From assembly GCA_017415485.1 (NCBI GenBank), contig JAFQGP010000009.1, forward strand, positions 9,305-73,304: a DNA stretch of 64,000 nt, given 5' to 3'. Each line of letters starts with the position of its first letter. Position 1 is the first letter of the stretch. Under the pieces are notes generated by a model that worked only from the letters and a program-made list of their open reading frames with translations, was not told the DNA's origin and did no database searches. Shown here in pieces: positions 1-8,960 of this stretch. Both the position numbers and the translations under genes were made by a program. This DNA comes from Clostridia bacterium (GTDB lineage: Bacteria > Bacillota > Clostridia > Oscillospirales > CAG-272).

Positions 1-840
1 TGGGAGCGAGTAAACGCGGTCAAGCTCGCACCTTTCAAGCGGCGGCATCGGGGGATTTTGTACCAACAGCTTGTCGCCGTAAAGCTCGGTGATGGCTCTG
101 CCGCCGATTGCGTCCTGCTCGCGGTACTGCGCGCCGAAAGCGTCGGCGTAGGCACGACCGCCCTCCTTCAGGCTTTCCCAATCAAGCTCTGCCGCAACGG
201 GGAAGTGAACCTCGGGCTTGTCCGCGGGGCAAAGATAGCATGAGCCGCGCACGTCGCGGATCTTTTTGACGGGAACTCCTTTGTCGAGCAGCTCCGCAAT
301 GCGAAGAAGGATGTTTTCGCCCATTCCGTAGGTGAGAATATCAGCGCGGCTGTCGATGAGGATCGAGCGGCGCATACGGTCTTCCCAATAATCGTAGTGG
401 GCGAATCGACGAAGTGAGGCTTCAAGGCCGCCAAGGATGATCGGCACGTCGCCGTAGGCTTGTCTTATGAGATTCGAGTAAACGATGGTCGCGCGGTCGG
501 GGCGCAAACCGGTCTTTCCGCCGGGCGAATAGTAGTCGTATCCTCTGCGGTGGCGTGTGACCGAGTAGTGCGAAACCATCGAGTCAACATTGCCCGCCGT
601 GACGAGAAAGCCGAGGCGGGGCTTGCCGAAGCGCTTGATGTCGTCAAGAGTCTTCCAGTTCGGCTGTGCCAGAATTGCGACGCGGTAACCCGCTGCCTCA
701 AGCACACGCGATATTATGGCAACGCCAAAAGAGGGATGATCGACATAGGCATCCCCCGTAACGTATACAAAATCGGGTCTGTCCCATCCGCGCGCCTCCA
801 TATCGGCGCGCGAAATGGGAAGAAATTCAGTTCCGAGCAT
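1..840 (-). CDS. ygiQ: YgiQ family radical SAM protein (UPF0313), N-terminal part; the rest lies beyond the window start
   Basis: Hand-translated minus-strand frame, ATG at 840-838 and open to position 1. It is absent from the ORF track because it has no in-window stop. Sequence: MLGTEFLPISRADMEARGWDRPDFVYVTGDAYVDHPSFGVAIISRVLEAAGYRVAILAQPNW..GNVDSM..RPDRATIVY..LGGLEASLRRFAHYDYWEDRMRRS, the conserved YgiQ N-terminal domain. Confidence 0.8.
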   Translation of the reverse strand, partial: MLGTEFLPISRADMEARGWDRPDFVYVTGDAYVDHPSFGVAIISRVLEAAGYRVAILAQPNWKTLDDIKRFGKPRLGFLVTAGNVDSMVSHYSVTRHRRGYDYYSPGGKTGLRPDRATIVYSNLIRQAYGDVPIILGGLEASLRRFAHYDYWEDRMRRSILIDSRADILTYGMGENILLRIAELLDKGVPVKKIRDVRGSCYLCPADKPEVHFPVAAELDWESLKEGGRAYADAFGAQYREQDAIGGRAITELYGDKLLVQNPPMPPLERCELDRVYSLP

Positions 841-914
841 TTTTTATCTCCTGAATTATAATAATTCGAATGTAAATATTTATTTTAATAAGCAAGTGCG
901 AACATATCACACTT

Positions 915-1234
915 GGTGTCCCCTCATCACCCGCTACGTCAGAACCCCAAAAACGCGCAAGCGCGTTTCCGGGAACCCGACGGCGGGAGCTTCTCCCAGG
1001 AGAAGCCGGGGATTGGTTTGCGCAATAATTATGTTTCTACAATAAATATCGTTCAACCTTTTTCTAAGTAAGCGAGCCCAAAGCAATATCAATAAACAAA
1101 TTGCTTTCCTAACGATTGATTCACTTTTTTGATTAGCTATACGAAAAGTTTAGAAAATACCAAACGAAGCTCACAGTAACTCCAAGGCTTCTCCTGGGAG
1201 AAGCTCCCGCCGCAGCGGGTGATGAGGGGACACC
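915..1234. repeat. IR-bounded element F1 (21-bp terminal inverted repeat around an AT-rich core)
   Basis: GGTGTCCCCTCATCACCCGCT at 915-935 is the exact reverse complement of 1214-1234. An inner pair GGCGGGAGCTTCTCCCAGGAGAAGCC (982-1007) and its complement (1186-1211) are also present. The left arm carries a 45-bp insertion, and the core is AT-rich. Confidence 0.85.
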
Positions 1235-1274
1235 CAGAAAGCTTTGTTAGCATTCGCTTTTGACTTTTTACTTA

Positions 1275-1358
1275 TTATTTTTTAGTCTTCTTAATTCCGA
1301 AAAATTTTCGCAAAATGGGTGCCAGAATGGCGGGCGGGCGCATCAGAACGATCCTCAT
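1275..1358 (-). CDS. spoVM: SpoVM-like sporulation micro-protein (27 aa)
   Basis: Hand-found ORF, too short for the track: AGGAGG, 4 nt, then ATG; MRIVLMRPPAILAPILRKFFGIKKTKK. It resembles the 26-aa amphipathic SpoVM (B. subtilis MKFYTIKLPKFLGGIVRAMLGSFRKD). It also sits where spoVM lies in B. subtilis, downstream of thiN/yloS. Confidence 0.55.
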   Translation of the reverse strand: MRIVLMRPPAILAPILRKFFGIKKTKK

Positions 1359-1366
1359 GTTTCCTC

Positions 1367-1519
1367 CTATTTGATGAGCATAAATCCCGCGCAGAGGAGA
1401 ACAGCCGCCTCGATAAAGGCGAGGATCTTACCCGGCAACAAAAAGGCAAGGAGTATCCCCGCGCCGAAAGTCAGCGCAAGCACTCCAACCGTCTGCCGCA
1501 TCTTCCTGCAATCTCTCAT
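1367..1519 (-). CDS. small hydrophobic membrane protein (50 aa), hypothetical
   Basis: ORF 1367..1579 trimmed to the ATG at 1519, which is preceded by GGAGGTGG. Sequence MRDCRKMRQTVGVLALTFGAGILLAFLLPGKILAFIEAAVLLCAGFMLIK is mostly transmembrane. Confidence 0.4.
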   Translation of the reverse strand: MRDCRKMRQTVGVLALTFGAGILLAFLLPGKILAFIEAAVLLCAGFMLIK

Positions 1520-1575
1520 ATTCCACCTCCGCATATCGTCTTCAATGACATTATATGCAGATGTGGGGCAAAAGT

Positions 1576-2208
1576 TCACGCGTCGCGCGATTCTATGAGA
1601 TAAAGTGCGCCTTTTTTGACCGAGATGAGCGCGCAGTTGCCGTCGATCTCGTTCGAGGTCGCAAAACCGCCGTTCTTTCTGGTGAGGCGGGCATTTTTGA
1701 GAGGATATTTCGCTCCCTCGATCGAAACGCCTTTGACTATGTCGGATGCGGGAATGAGCGAGAAATACTTGAACCCGCCGCCCCTGCCGATCAGCGCGGA
1801 GCCTCCCGAAATAAAGTGAACGCGCGAGTAACCGTCGGTTGATATGGCGTAGTAATTGCGCGCGGCAAGGTCCTCGAGGATCGAGAGATTTGCAAGCGTG
1901 TGGTCAAGTCTGCCCGAAAGTCCGCCGATGATGATAAAGGAGTCGGCGCCGCGCTCGATGGCGATCTCGATCGCCGCCTGCGCGTCGGTGATGTCCTTTT
2001 CGGGCTTGAGGCGGATGACCTCGGCGCCCTCGGGGATCTCGGACTCGGGGAAGGAGTCGAAATCGCCAACGGCGACGTCAACCCGATCGCCGAGCGCGAG
2101 CGCGTTGCGAATGCCCGAATCGGCGGCGACGGTGATGTCCTCGCCCTTCGGGTGTTCGGTTATGTAATTTGTGTCGATCTTACCGCCGACATAGATGAAT
2201 GCTTTCAT
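1576..2208 (-). CDS. thiN: thiamine diphosphokinase
   Basis: GDFDS, KDITD and GGLSGRLDH motifs. The ATG at 2208 overlaps the rsgA stop (ATGA), so I prefer it to the TTG at 2223. Confidence 0.85.
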   Translation of the reverse strand: MKAFIYVGGKIDTNYITEHPKGEDITVAADSGIRNALALGDRVDVAVGDFDSFPESEIPEGAEVIRLKPEKDITDAQAAIEIAIERGADSFIIIGGLSGRLDHTLANLSILEDLAARNYYAISTDGYSRVHFISGGSALIGRGGGFKYFSLIPASDIVKGVSIEGAKYPLKNARLTRKNGGFATSNEIDGNCALISVKKGALYLIESRDA

Positions 2209-3215
2209 TGTCTTTTCTCCCAACGGGGCTTCGCCTTGAGCGTTTTATACATCGAAAGATAGCTTTCGTGGCGCGAGGGCGCGATCTCGCCGCGCTCGAT
2301 TGCCTCAAGGATGGCGCAGCCTTCCTCTTTGGTGTGCGAGCAGTCAAGGTATTTGCACTCGCCGTAATGCTCGCGGAACTCGCGCATAGTGTCGGGGAGA
2401 TCGTCAAAGGGGAAAAAATCGAAGTTTTCAAAGTCGATCATTGAAAATCCGGGCGTGTCGGCAAGGAATCCGCCGCCCTCGAGCGGAAAGAGCTCCGCCT
2501 GGCGCGTGGTGTGCTTTCCTCGCGCGATCTTTCGGCTGATCTCGCCCGCCGCAAGCTTCATTTCGGGGAAAAGGGCGTTGATAAGGGTCGATTTTCCAAC
2601 ACCCGATGCGCCCGCAAAAGCGGCAACCTTGCCGCGCAGGCGCTCTTTTATATAGGAAGAAAACTCCGCAATGCCCTCGCCCTTGTAGCAGGAAAGGCGG
2701 AAGGTGGGGTAAAGCGCGGATTTGTACGTTTTCTCGAGCTTTTTGGCAACCTCGCTGTCAAGCTCACATTTGCCGATGACGACCATAGCCTCGATGCCGT
2801 GATATTCGGCAACCGAGAGGAGTTTGTCTATCGTCTCGGTCGCGGGGGCGGGAGCAGCCGCGGCGCAAACGATGACGAGGATATCAAGATTCGAAAGCGG
2901 AGGGCGAATGAGCGAGTTGCGGCGGGGGAGAATTGCCGAAACCGCGCCCTCGGGCAGACCCGAGGAATCGTCCTGCGGAATTCCGCCTTCGGTGAAGGAA
3001 TTGTCGGTATAAATAAATTCGCAAATGTCGCCAACCTTGATCTTTCCGCCGTCGGGCGTGCGAAGCGCACCGCGTGCGCGGGTCAAAAGGGACTTGCCCG
3101 CAAGGGGCGAGGGTGTATCGGGGTAAAGTACGGAATGGCTTTCCGCGTCCGCAAGGCTGACGTAATAAAGTCCGCCGACGCCGCGAAGAATGCGGCATTG
3201 AGTTTTATATTCCAT
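2205..3215 (-). CDS. rsgA: ribosome small-subunit-dependent GTPase A
   Basis: GASGVGKSTLINAL P-loop, DTPGF, and a C-terminal Zn cluster CKYLDCSHTKEEGC. Confidence 0.95.
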   Translation of the reverse strand: MEYKTQCRILRGVGGLYYVSLADAESHSVLYPDTPSPLAGKSLLTRARGALRTPDGGKIKVGDICEFIYTDNSFTEGGIPQDDSSGLPEGAVSAILPRRNSLIRPPLSNLDILVIVCAAAAPAPATETIDKLLSVAEYHGIEAMVVIGKCELDSEVAKKLEKTYKSALYPTFRLSCYKGEGIAEFSSYIKERLRGKVAAFAGASGVGKSTLINALFPEMKLAAGEISRKIARGKHTTRQAELFPLEGGGFLADTPGFSMIDFENFDFFPFDDLPDTMREFREHYGECKYLDCSHTKEEGCAILEAIERGEIAPSRHESYLSMYKTLKAKPRWEKRQ

Positions 3216-3218
3216 TCG

Positions 3219-4673
3219 TCACCTTTCTGTAAGTCCGAATTCAGCGGCGTAAACGTAGGAAAGCGTCGCCTCGGTATAGCCCGCGCGGCGATGTTCGATG
3301 GTCAGCAAGCAGCCTCCGCGCAGGGAATGGTTGTATTCAAATCTTCCTCCGATGCCAAGCTGATCGAATCCGATCGAGCCCGAAAGGGCGATGTGACCCA
3401 CCGCACAGTCTATGAGCGCGGGCGAAGCGGGATCAGCGGCGCAGATGAAGTTGTCCGCGCCCGCAAGGATCAGCGAGTCGCAAATGTCGGAAAGAGCAGA
3501 GGATATGTATTCGGTCGGAATACCCTCCGCCGAGGATGCGAGCTGCTTCGTTACGGCGGGCAGGATCGCGGAGATCGATCTCTTGTGCGACGATGCGCGC
3601 GCATAGAGCTCGGTCTCTTTGTCAATGAGATCGCAAAGGTCATTCGCGGAGGCATAAACGTCAGCAACGTAAATGCTTGCCGTAACGGTGCCCGATGTGT
3701 TGGCAACGGTCAGAGAATATGCCGCGCCGTCCGTGATCTTCTTGATGCATCCGGGGAAGGATGAAATGACCTCGCAGACAGTAACACGCGGGATGTCGCC
3801 CGAAAGCTCACCCGGGGTGAAACACCAGGGAGTGGATGTCTTTGTCAGAACAGCCGAAACGCTCTGCCAGATGGCGGTCAGCTCCTGACGTGTCTTCGCG
3901 CCGCCCTCAACTCCGCCGTTGAAAACGACAAGATTGGGCTTTACCTCGGCAATGATGCCCTCAAGTGCGCGGAGAGTGTAGGAATTCGAGTCGATGTGCG
4001 AGAAGGTCAGAATCTTGAGCTCGCTGTCGGATATGATGTCGGGCGCATAGTCGGTATCGGTCTCGGGACGGAGATCGAAGCGGAAAAGCTCCTCGGAAAT
4101 ATTATATCCGCCAAGATATGAGAATGCTTCGATAAAGGCGAGCGCGCCTTCGCGTACTCTGCCCGCGGAAGCCGCAGAGATATCAATTCGGGTGCCTTTT
4201 CTCGTGATCTCGAGACCTTCCGCACCAATGCGCGATAGATTTTGCAGGTATGAGCCGTCAAGCAGTTCGGTGATCCCAAGGTTGACGGTCAGAGTCGGCT
4301 CTGCGTTGTAAAGCTCGAGCGTTGCCTTGTCAAGAGCAAGGTATTCCTTGTCGGAAATAATGACGAAATGCGCGTGAAAACGCCCTTGAAGCTCTGCTTT
4401 GATATGTACCGCTATCTCTTCTCCCCAGCCTTCGGCTTCGGGATAAACGATGACAAGGTGCGGGAAGAGCTTTGGCACGGCAGTACCGTCAAGCTCGGGC
4501 ATTTTGTCGTCAAAGGAGAACGGGGGAGGCAGTTCGCTCTCGCCCGTGTCGGGCATTGCCGCGGGAAGCATAGTCAAAAGAAGCATTGCGAAAAATGCCG
4601 CGACAGTTATTCTTATTAAGTTCTTTCTGTCCGTCCGCAAAACGGCTTCTTTGATTTTTTGAAAGTTCGGCAT
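3219..4673 (-). CDS. membrane-anchored hypothetical protein (484 aa), possibly a degenerate metallophosphoesterase-like fold
   Basis: One N-terminal TM helix (ITVAAFFAMLLLTMLPAA) followed by a large extracytoplasmic domain. Tightly packed between prkC and rsgA. I recognised no catalytic motif. Confidence 0.7.
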   Translation of the reverse strand: MPNFQKIKEAVLRTDRKNLIRITVAAFFAMLLLTMLPAAMPDTGESELPPPFSFDDKMPELDGTAVPKLFPHLVIVYPEAEGWGEEIAVHIKAELQGRFHAHFVIISDKEYLALDKATLELYNAEPTLTVNLGITELLDGSYLQNLSRIGAEGLEITRKGTRIDISAASAGRVREGALAFIEAFSYLGGYNISEELFRFDLRPETDTDYAPDIISDSELKILTFSHIDSNSYTLRALEGIIAEVKPNLVVFNGGVEGGAKTRQELTAIWQSVSAVLTKTSTPWCFTPGELSGDIPRVTVCEVISSFPGCIKKITDGAAYSLTVANTSGTVTASIYVADVYASANDLCDLIDKETELYARASSHKRSISAILPAVTKQLASSAEGIPTEYISSALSDICDSLILAGADNFICAADPASPALIDCAVGHIALSGSIGFDQLGIGGRFEYNHSLRGGCLLTIEHRRAGYTEATLSYVYAAEFGLTER

Positions 4674-4706
4674 GAAATTGCTTTCCTTTTTATAATATAT
4701 CGGATT

Positions 4707-7046
4707 TTATGGGAATGTGGGTGAGCTGTAGCCCGTGCTGACCACAAGGTCGATGGTGAGCCAGCCCTGGGGACCTGTGAGTACCTGTCCCGCTGTTGCC
4801 GACTGGAAGATGACGTTGCCTGCCGGTGCGTAGCTTTGCGCGTAGCTGATGTTGCTGATCAGAATACCCGCTGCCAGCAGACGCGCTTCCGCCTCGGCAA
4901 GTGTCATTCCCGTGACGTTCGGAACGACAACGCTGACTGTGGGCGGTGTATAAGTGGTTCCGCCGCTGAGAACGAGCGTGATCTCAAGAACGCCCGTGGA
5001 GATCTCAACCTTGCCTTCGCGCGGTATCTGCGAGAGGATGGTGTCCTTTGGCTTGAGGCTCATGGTGTAGGTCACGTTCAGCTTGTATTCGCAAACGCCC
5101 TCGAACATATAGTCAAGGATCGCGCGCGCACCGCTGAGCGACTGTCCCACAAGGCTCATCATATTGACCGTGCGTGTGTATGTAGGACCGCCGCTGACCG
5201 TGAGGGTCATCGAATGTGTATTCGATGCAACGGCGTCCGCGGCACTCGGCGACTGCAAAATGACAGTTCCTGCCGGTGCCTCATCTCTTACCGTGATAAG
5301 ATTGACATCAACGCCGTAGCGTTCAAGCTCCTTTTTCGAAAGCTCGGCGTCCTTTCCGATAACGTCGGGGCAGACCTTAAGCGCGAAATCCTCGCCGCCG
5401 CTGACGACAAAGTCGATGGCGGTGATATAGGCATAAGCACCGATGCCCGCCTCGTGCGACGAATAGATGATCGTGCCCGCCTTCATCGGCGAACGGGTAT
5501 AGGTCACATCGCCGACAAGAAGATAGTTTTCGTCAAGAAAAGTCTTTGCCTCGCGCTCGGTCATCCCCACAAACTGCGGGAGCGTGACAAGCACCTGCTC
5601 GGTGCCCGCGCTGACGTAAACGTTGATCATACTGCCCGGCTCGACCTTTGCGCCCGGCATAGGCTCGGTCGCGTAGACGTATCCCTCGGGGATCGCGGCG
5701 TTTTCCTCACGGATGATGTTCACGCCGTAGCCCTCGGAGCGAAGTTTTGTCTGCGCCACGCGCCAGTTCATCATAAGATAGTCGCCAAAGGTGACAAGCT
5801 CGGGGCCGATGCTGACCGAGATCGTAACGTTGCAGGGAGATTTTCTGCGCGCGCCCGCGGAGGGCTTTTGCGAGATGACTATGCCCTTTTCGACCGTGTT
5901 TGAGGTCAGATATTCAACGGTGACGATATAATCTTCCTCGTTAAAACCGAGTTCGGTAATGATCTCCTCGCTGTATTCCACTCCGACGCTGTCGGGCACT
6001 TTAAGGCTCGCGGTTCCCGGCGCACCGAAATTCAGCGCGTCAAGCCCGTAAAATACCGAAACGAGTCCGACAAAGCAAACGGCGCAGGCAATTCCGAGCA
6101 CGATGGGGAAGAAGGAGCGGCTCGGAGGTCTTTCCGTGCGGTTTCTTCTCGAACGCGCTTCCGCCGCCATTTGCTTGGGGGAGGGTACTGCGGCAAGGGG
6201 ATTGTTGCCCAACCTTCGGATCTGAATAAAGACGTCCTTCGCCGTCTGGTAACGGCGGCGCGGATCCTTTTCCATCATGGTGAGGATCAGACGCTCAAGT
6301 CCGCGGGGAATCTGCTTGCTGATCTTTCTCGGCGGCAGGGGCTTATCGTGTATCTGCATCATAAGGATGGAGATGGGGCGCTCGTCGTCGAATGGGAGTC
6401 TGCCCGTCGCCATTTCATACATCAGAACGCCGCAGGAGTAAAGGTCGGAGCGCGAATCGGTCGATTTGCCCGCCGCCTGCTCGGGGCTGATGTAGTAAAC
6501 CGTTCCGATGGCGTTGTCGGAGATCGTTTTGCCCTTGCTCTTCTCAGGCACCTTTGCGATGCCGAAGTCGGTCACCTTGATAAAGCCGTCCTTGAGAACA
6601 AGAATGTTCTGCGGCTTGATGTCGCGGTGAACGACGCCGCGGCTGTGCGCGTGCTCAAGCGCGGCAAGGATCTGTTCCGAAAAGGAGATGAATTCGTCAA
6701 AATCGAGCGCACCGCGCTTGTCCATATAGGTGCGGAGCGATATGCCGTCGATATACTCCATAACGAGGTATTTTTTCTCGGTCTTGAAGGATACCGCGCG
6801 GATCGAAACGATGTTGGGGTGCGAAAGCATGGAAACGACCTTGGATTCGTTCATAAAGATATTCAGCGATTCCTTGTCGTCCGCAACGTCGTCGCGAAGC
6901 ATTTTTATAGCAACTGCGGAACCGTCGCGGAGGTCGGTCGCCTTGAAGACAACGCTCATTCCGCCCGTTCCCAGGCATTTTTCTATTTTGTATCTCGAGT
7001 CAAGCGTGGTGCCGACGAGATCTTTATATGATAGGTTCTTTTCCAT
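4707..7046 (-). CDS. prkC: PASTA-domain Ser/Thr protein kinase (PrkC/PknB type)
   Basis: HRDIKPQNIL, DFGIA and GTVYYISPEQ kinase motifs, a central TM helix, and about six PASTA-like repeats in the C-terminal 420 aa. Confidence 0.95.
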   Translation of the reverse strand: MEKNLSYKDLVGTTLDSRYKIEKCLGTGGMSVVFKATDLRDGSAVAIKMLRDDVADDKESLNIFMNESKVVSMLSHPNIVSIRAVSFKTEKKYLVMEYIDGISLRTYMDKRGALDFDEFISFSEQILAALEHAHSRGVVHRDIKPQNILVLKDGFIKVTDFGIAKVPEKSKGKTISDNAIGTVYYISPEQAAGKSTDSRSDLYSCGVLMYEMATGRLPFDDERPISILMMQIHDKPLPPRKISKQIPRGLERLILTMMEKDPRRRYQTAKDVFIQIRRLGNNPLAAVPSPKQMAAEARSRRNRTERPPSRSFFPIVLGIACAVCFVGLVSVFYGLDALNFGAPGTASLKVPDSVGVEYSEEIITELGFNEEDYIVTVEYLTSNTVEKGIVISQKPSAGARRKSPCNVTISVSIGPELVTFGDYLMMNWRVAQTKLRSEGYGVNIIREENAAIPEGYVYATEPMPGAKVEPGSMINVYVSAGTEQVLVTLPQFVGMTEREAKTFLDENYLLVGDVTYTRSPMKAGTIIYSSHEAGIGAYAYITAIDFVVSGGEDFALKVCPDVIGKDAELSKKELERYGVDVNLITVRDEAPAGTVILQSPSAADAVASNTHSMTLTVSGGPTYTRTVNMMSLVGQSLSGARAILDYMFEGVCEYKLNVTYTMSLKPKDTILSQIPREGKVEISTGVLEITLVLSGGTTYTPPTVSVVVPNVTGMTLAEAEARLLAAGILISNISYAQSYAPAGNVIFQSATAGQVLTGPQGWLTIDLVVSTGYSSPTFP

Positions 7047-7063
7047 AATATAATTCCGTAATA

Positions 7064-7837
7064 TTAAAGTTCGGCGATAACGACCGTGATGTTATCGGGT
7101 CCTCCCGCTGCATTTGCGGCGGCAACGAGTTTTTCGGTCTTTTCGCGCAATTCGCCATCCGCGCAAACGATCTCGGCGATCTCGTCGTCGCTGATGACAC
7201 CGCAGAGTCCGTCGGTGCAAAGCAGGAGGTATCGGGGTGAGTCCGGAGTGCCGGGGGCGGGATTCAGCGAATGAATATCAGCCGCAACGTCGCCGTCAAT
7301 GCCGACAGCGCGGGTGATGATATTCCTCATAGGGGAATTCTGCGCTTCCTCGTATGTAAGCTCGCCGATGTCAACAAGATGCTGAACGTATGAGTGGTCC
7401 TTCGTCAGCTGCTCAATCTTGCCGCCCGAGATCTCATACATACGGCTGTCACCGATGTTGAGCGAATATGCAAGGGTGTTCTCAACCACCAAAAGGGCAA
7501 CAAGCGTCGTGCCCATATCCTCGAGTTTGCCGTCCGAGTCCTTTGCCTCTTTGTAAACGGCGCGGTTGGCTTCGGATGCCGAAGCCGAAAGCGAAAAACG
7601 CAGACCGACACTGCCGAGATCGGGTTCGTCCTCGGGATTATCGGGCAGAATATGCTCGCGCATAGCTTGCGCAAAGGTATCAAGGGCAAGTCTGGAAGCT
7701 ATCGCGCCTCCTGCCACTCCGCCCATACCGTCACAAACTGCAAGCAGAGTGACCCCGGGGAGGATCTCGTAGATACCGAAGCAATCCTGATTTTCTGTGC
7801 GACGAGTGCCAACGTCGGTCTTTCCGTAAAATTTCAT
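7064..7837 (-). CDS. stp: PP2C-family Ser/Thr phosphatase (Stp/PrpC)
   Basis: RTENQD, VCDGMGG and GGPDNITV motifs. Sits upstream of prkC, as in other Firmicutes. Confidence 0.93.
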   Translation of the reverse strand: MKFYGKTDVGTRRTENQDCFGIYEILPGVTLLAVCDGMGGVAGGAIASRLALDTFAQAMREHILPDNPEDEPDLGSVGLRFSLSASASEANRAVYKEAKDSDGKLEDMGTTLVALLVVENTLAYSLNIGDSRMYEISGGKIEQLTKDHSYVQHLVDIGELTYEEAQNSPMRNIITRAVGIDGDVAADIHSLNPAPGTPDSPRYLLLCTDGLCGVISDDEIAEIVCADGELREKTEKLVAAANAAGGPDNITVVIAEL

Positions 7838-7869
7838 GAGAACACCTTTCTGTGTGTTAAATGATGTTT

Positions 7870-8946
7870 TTAGTTCTTTTCTTCTTCTTTATGCTGTCGT
7901 CTGAGCTGTCCGCAGGATGCGTTGATGTCGGGGCCGAGCTTTCGGCGCACCGTTGCGCGTATGCCCTTTTTCTCAAGAGCCGCGCGGAATGCCTCGATCC
8001 CCGCAGGCGAGGGAGGCATAAGTCCCGTTTCCTTGACGGGATTGACGGGGATGAGATTTACGTGGATAGGAAATTTTTCACCGCGTGAGGGCTTTCCGCG
8101 AAGGGCGGAATTGAGCACGCCCGCAAGGTGAGCGGCATCGGCGGGGGAAGAATTCTGCCCGTCGATAAGGGTGTATTCGAAGGATATGCGCCGTCCCGTC
8201 GCGCGCCACCAGTCAAGGCAGGCGGCAAGAAGCTCTGCGACGTTCCATCGGTGATTGATCGGCATGATCTTGTCCCTCACCTCGTCATCTGCGGCGTGGA
8301 GAGAGATCGAAAGGGTGATGGGCAGATTCTCCTTCATCAACTTGCGGATACCGTCAACGTGACCGCAGGTCGAGAGGGAGATGTGCCGGTAGCCGATGCA
8401 GATGCCTCGCTCGTCGTTTACAAGGTGCAAAAAGCGGAGGACGTTATCGTAATTGTCCATCGGCTCGCCGATTCCCATAAGTACAATGTTTGAAATGCGC
8501 TCGCCCATATCGGCGGATGCCACGATCACCTGACCGAGGATCTCGCCCGCACTCAGGTCGCGCACCTTGCCGCCGATCGTGGAGGCACAGAAGGCGCAGC
8601 CCATTCGGCATCCGACCTGCGAGGAAACGCAGATGGTGTTGCCGTGGTTGTAGCGCATAACGACAGATTCAATGCACTCGCCGTCGTGCAGGCGGAAGAG
8701 GTATTTCACCGTTCCGTCAACCTGCGAGACGAGCTTTTGCTCGATCTCGGGCATACGCGAGGGCAGTGCCGCCTCGAGCTTTTCGGCTGTCGCCTTTGAA
8801 ATATTCGTCATTCGGCTCGGCGCGAGCCCCTTGTGAAGAGCGGGGAAGATCTGTCCCGCGCGGTATTTGGGCTCGCCGAGCGAGATCATCAGCTCCGTCA
8901 GCTCCTCGGGGTAGAGCGAGAGCAGATCTGTCTGTTTTGTTTCCAT
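7870..8946 (-). CDS. rlmN: 23S rRNA/tRNA (adenine-C2)-methyltransferase, radical SAM
   Basis: CRMGCAFCAST radical-SAM cluster motif and overall RlmN-like sequence. Confidence 0.95.
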   Translation of the reverse strand: METKQTDLLSLYPEELTELMISLGEPKYRAGQIFPALHKGLAPSRMTNISKATAEKLEAALPSRMPEIEQKLVSQVDGTVKYLFRLHDGECIESVVMRYNHGNTICVSSQVGCRMGCAFCASTIGGKVRDLSAGEILGQVIVASADMGERISNIVLMGIGEPMDNYDNVLRFLHLVNDERGICIGYRHISLSTCGHVDGIRKLMKENLPITLSISLHAADDEVRDKIMPINHRWNVAELLAACLDWWRATGRRISFEYTLIDGQNSSPADAAHLAGVLNSALRGKPSRGEKFPIHVNLIPVNPVKETGLMPPSPAGIEAFRAALEKKGIRATVRRKLGPDINASCGQLRRQHKEEEKN

Positions 8947-8960
8947 AGTTATGACTTTAG

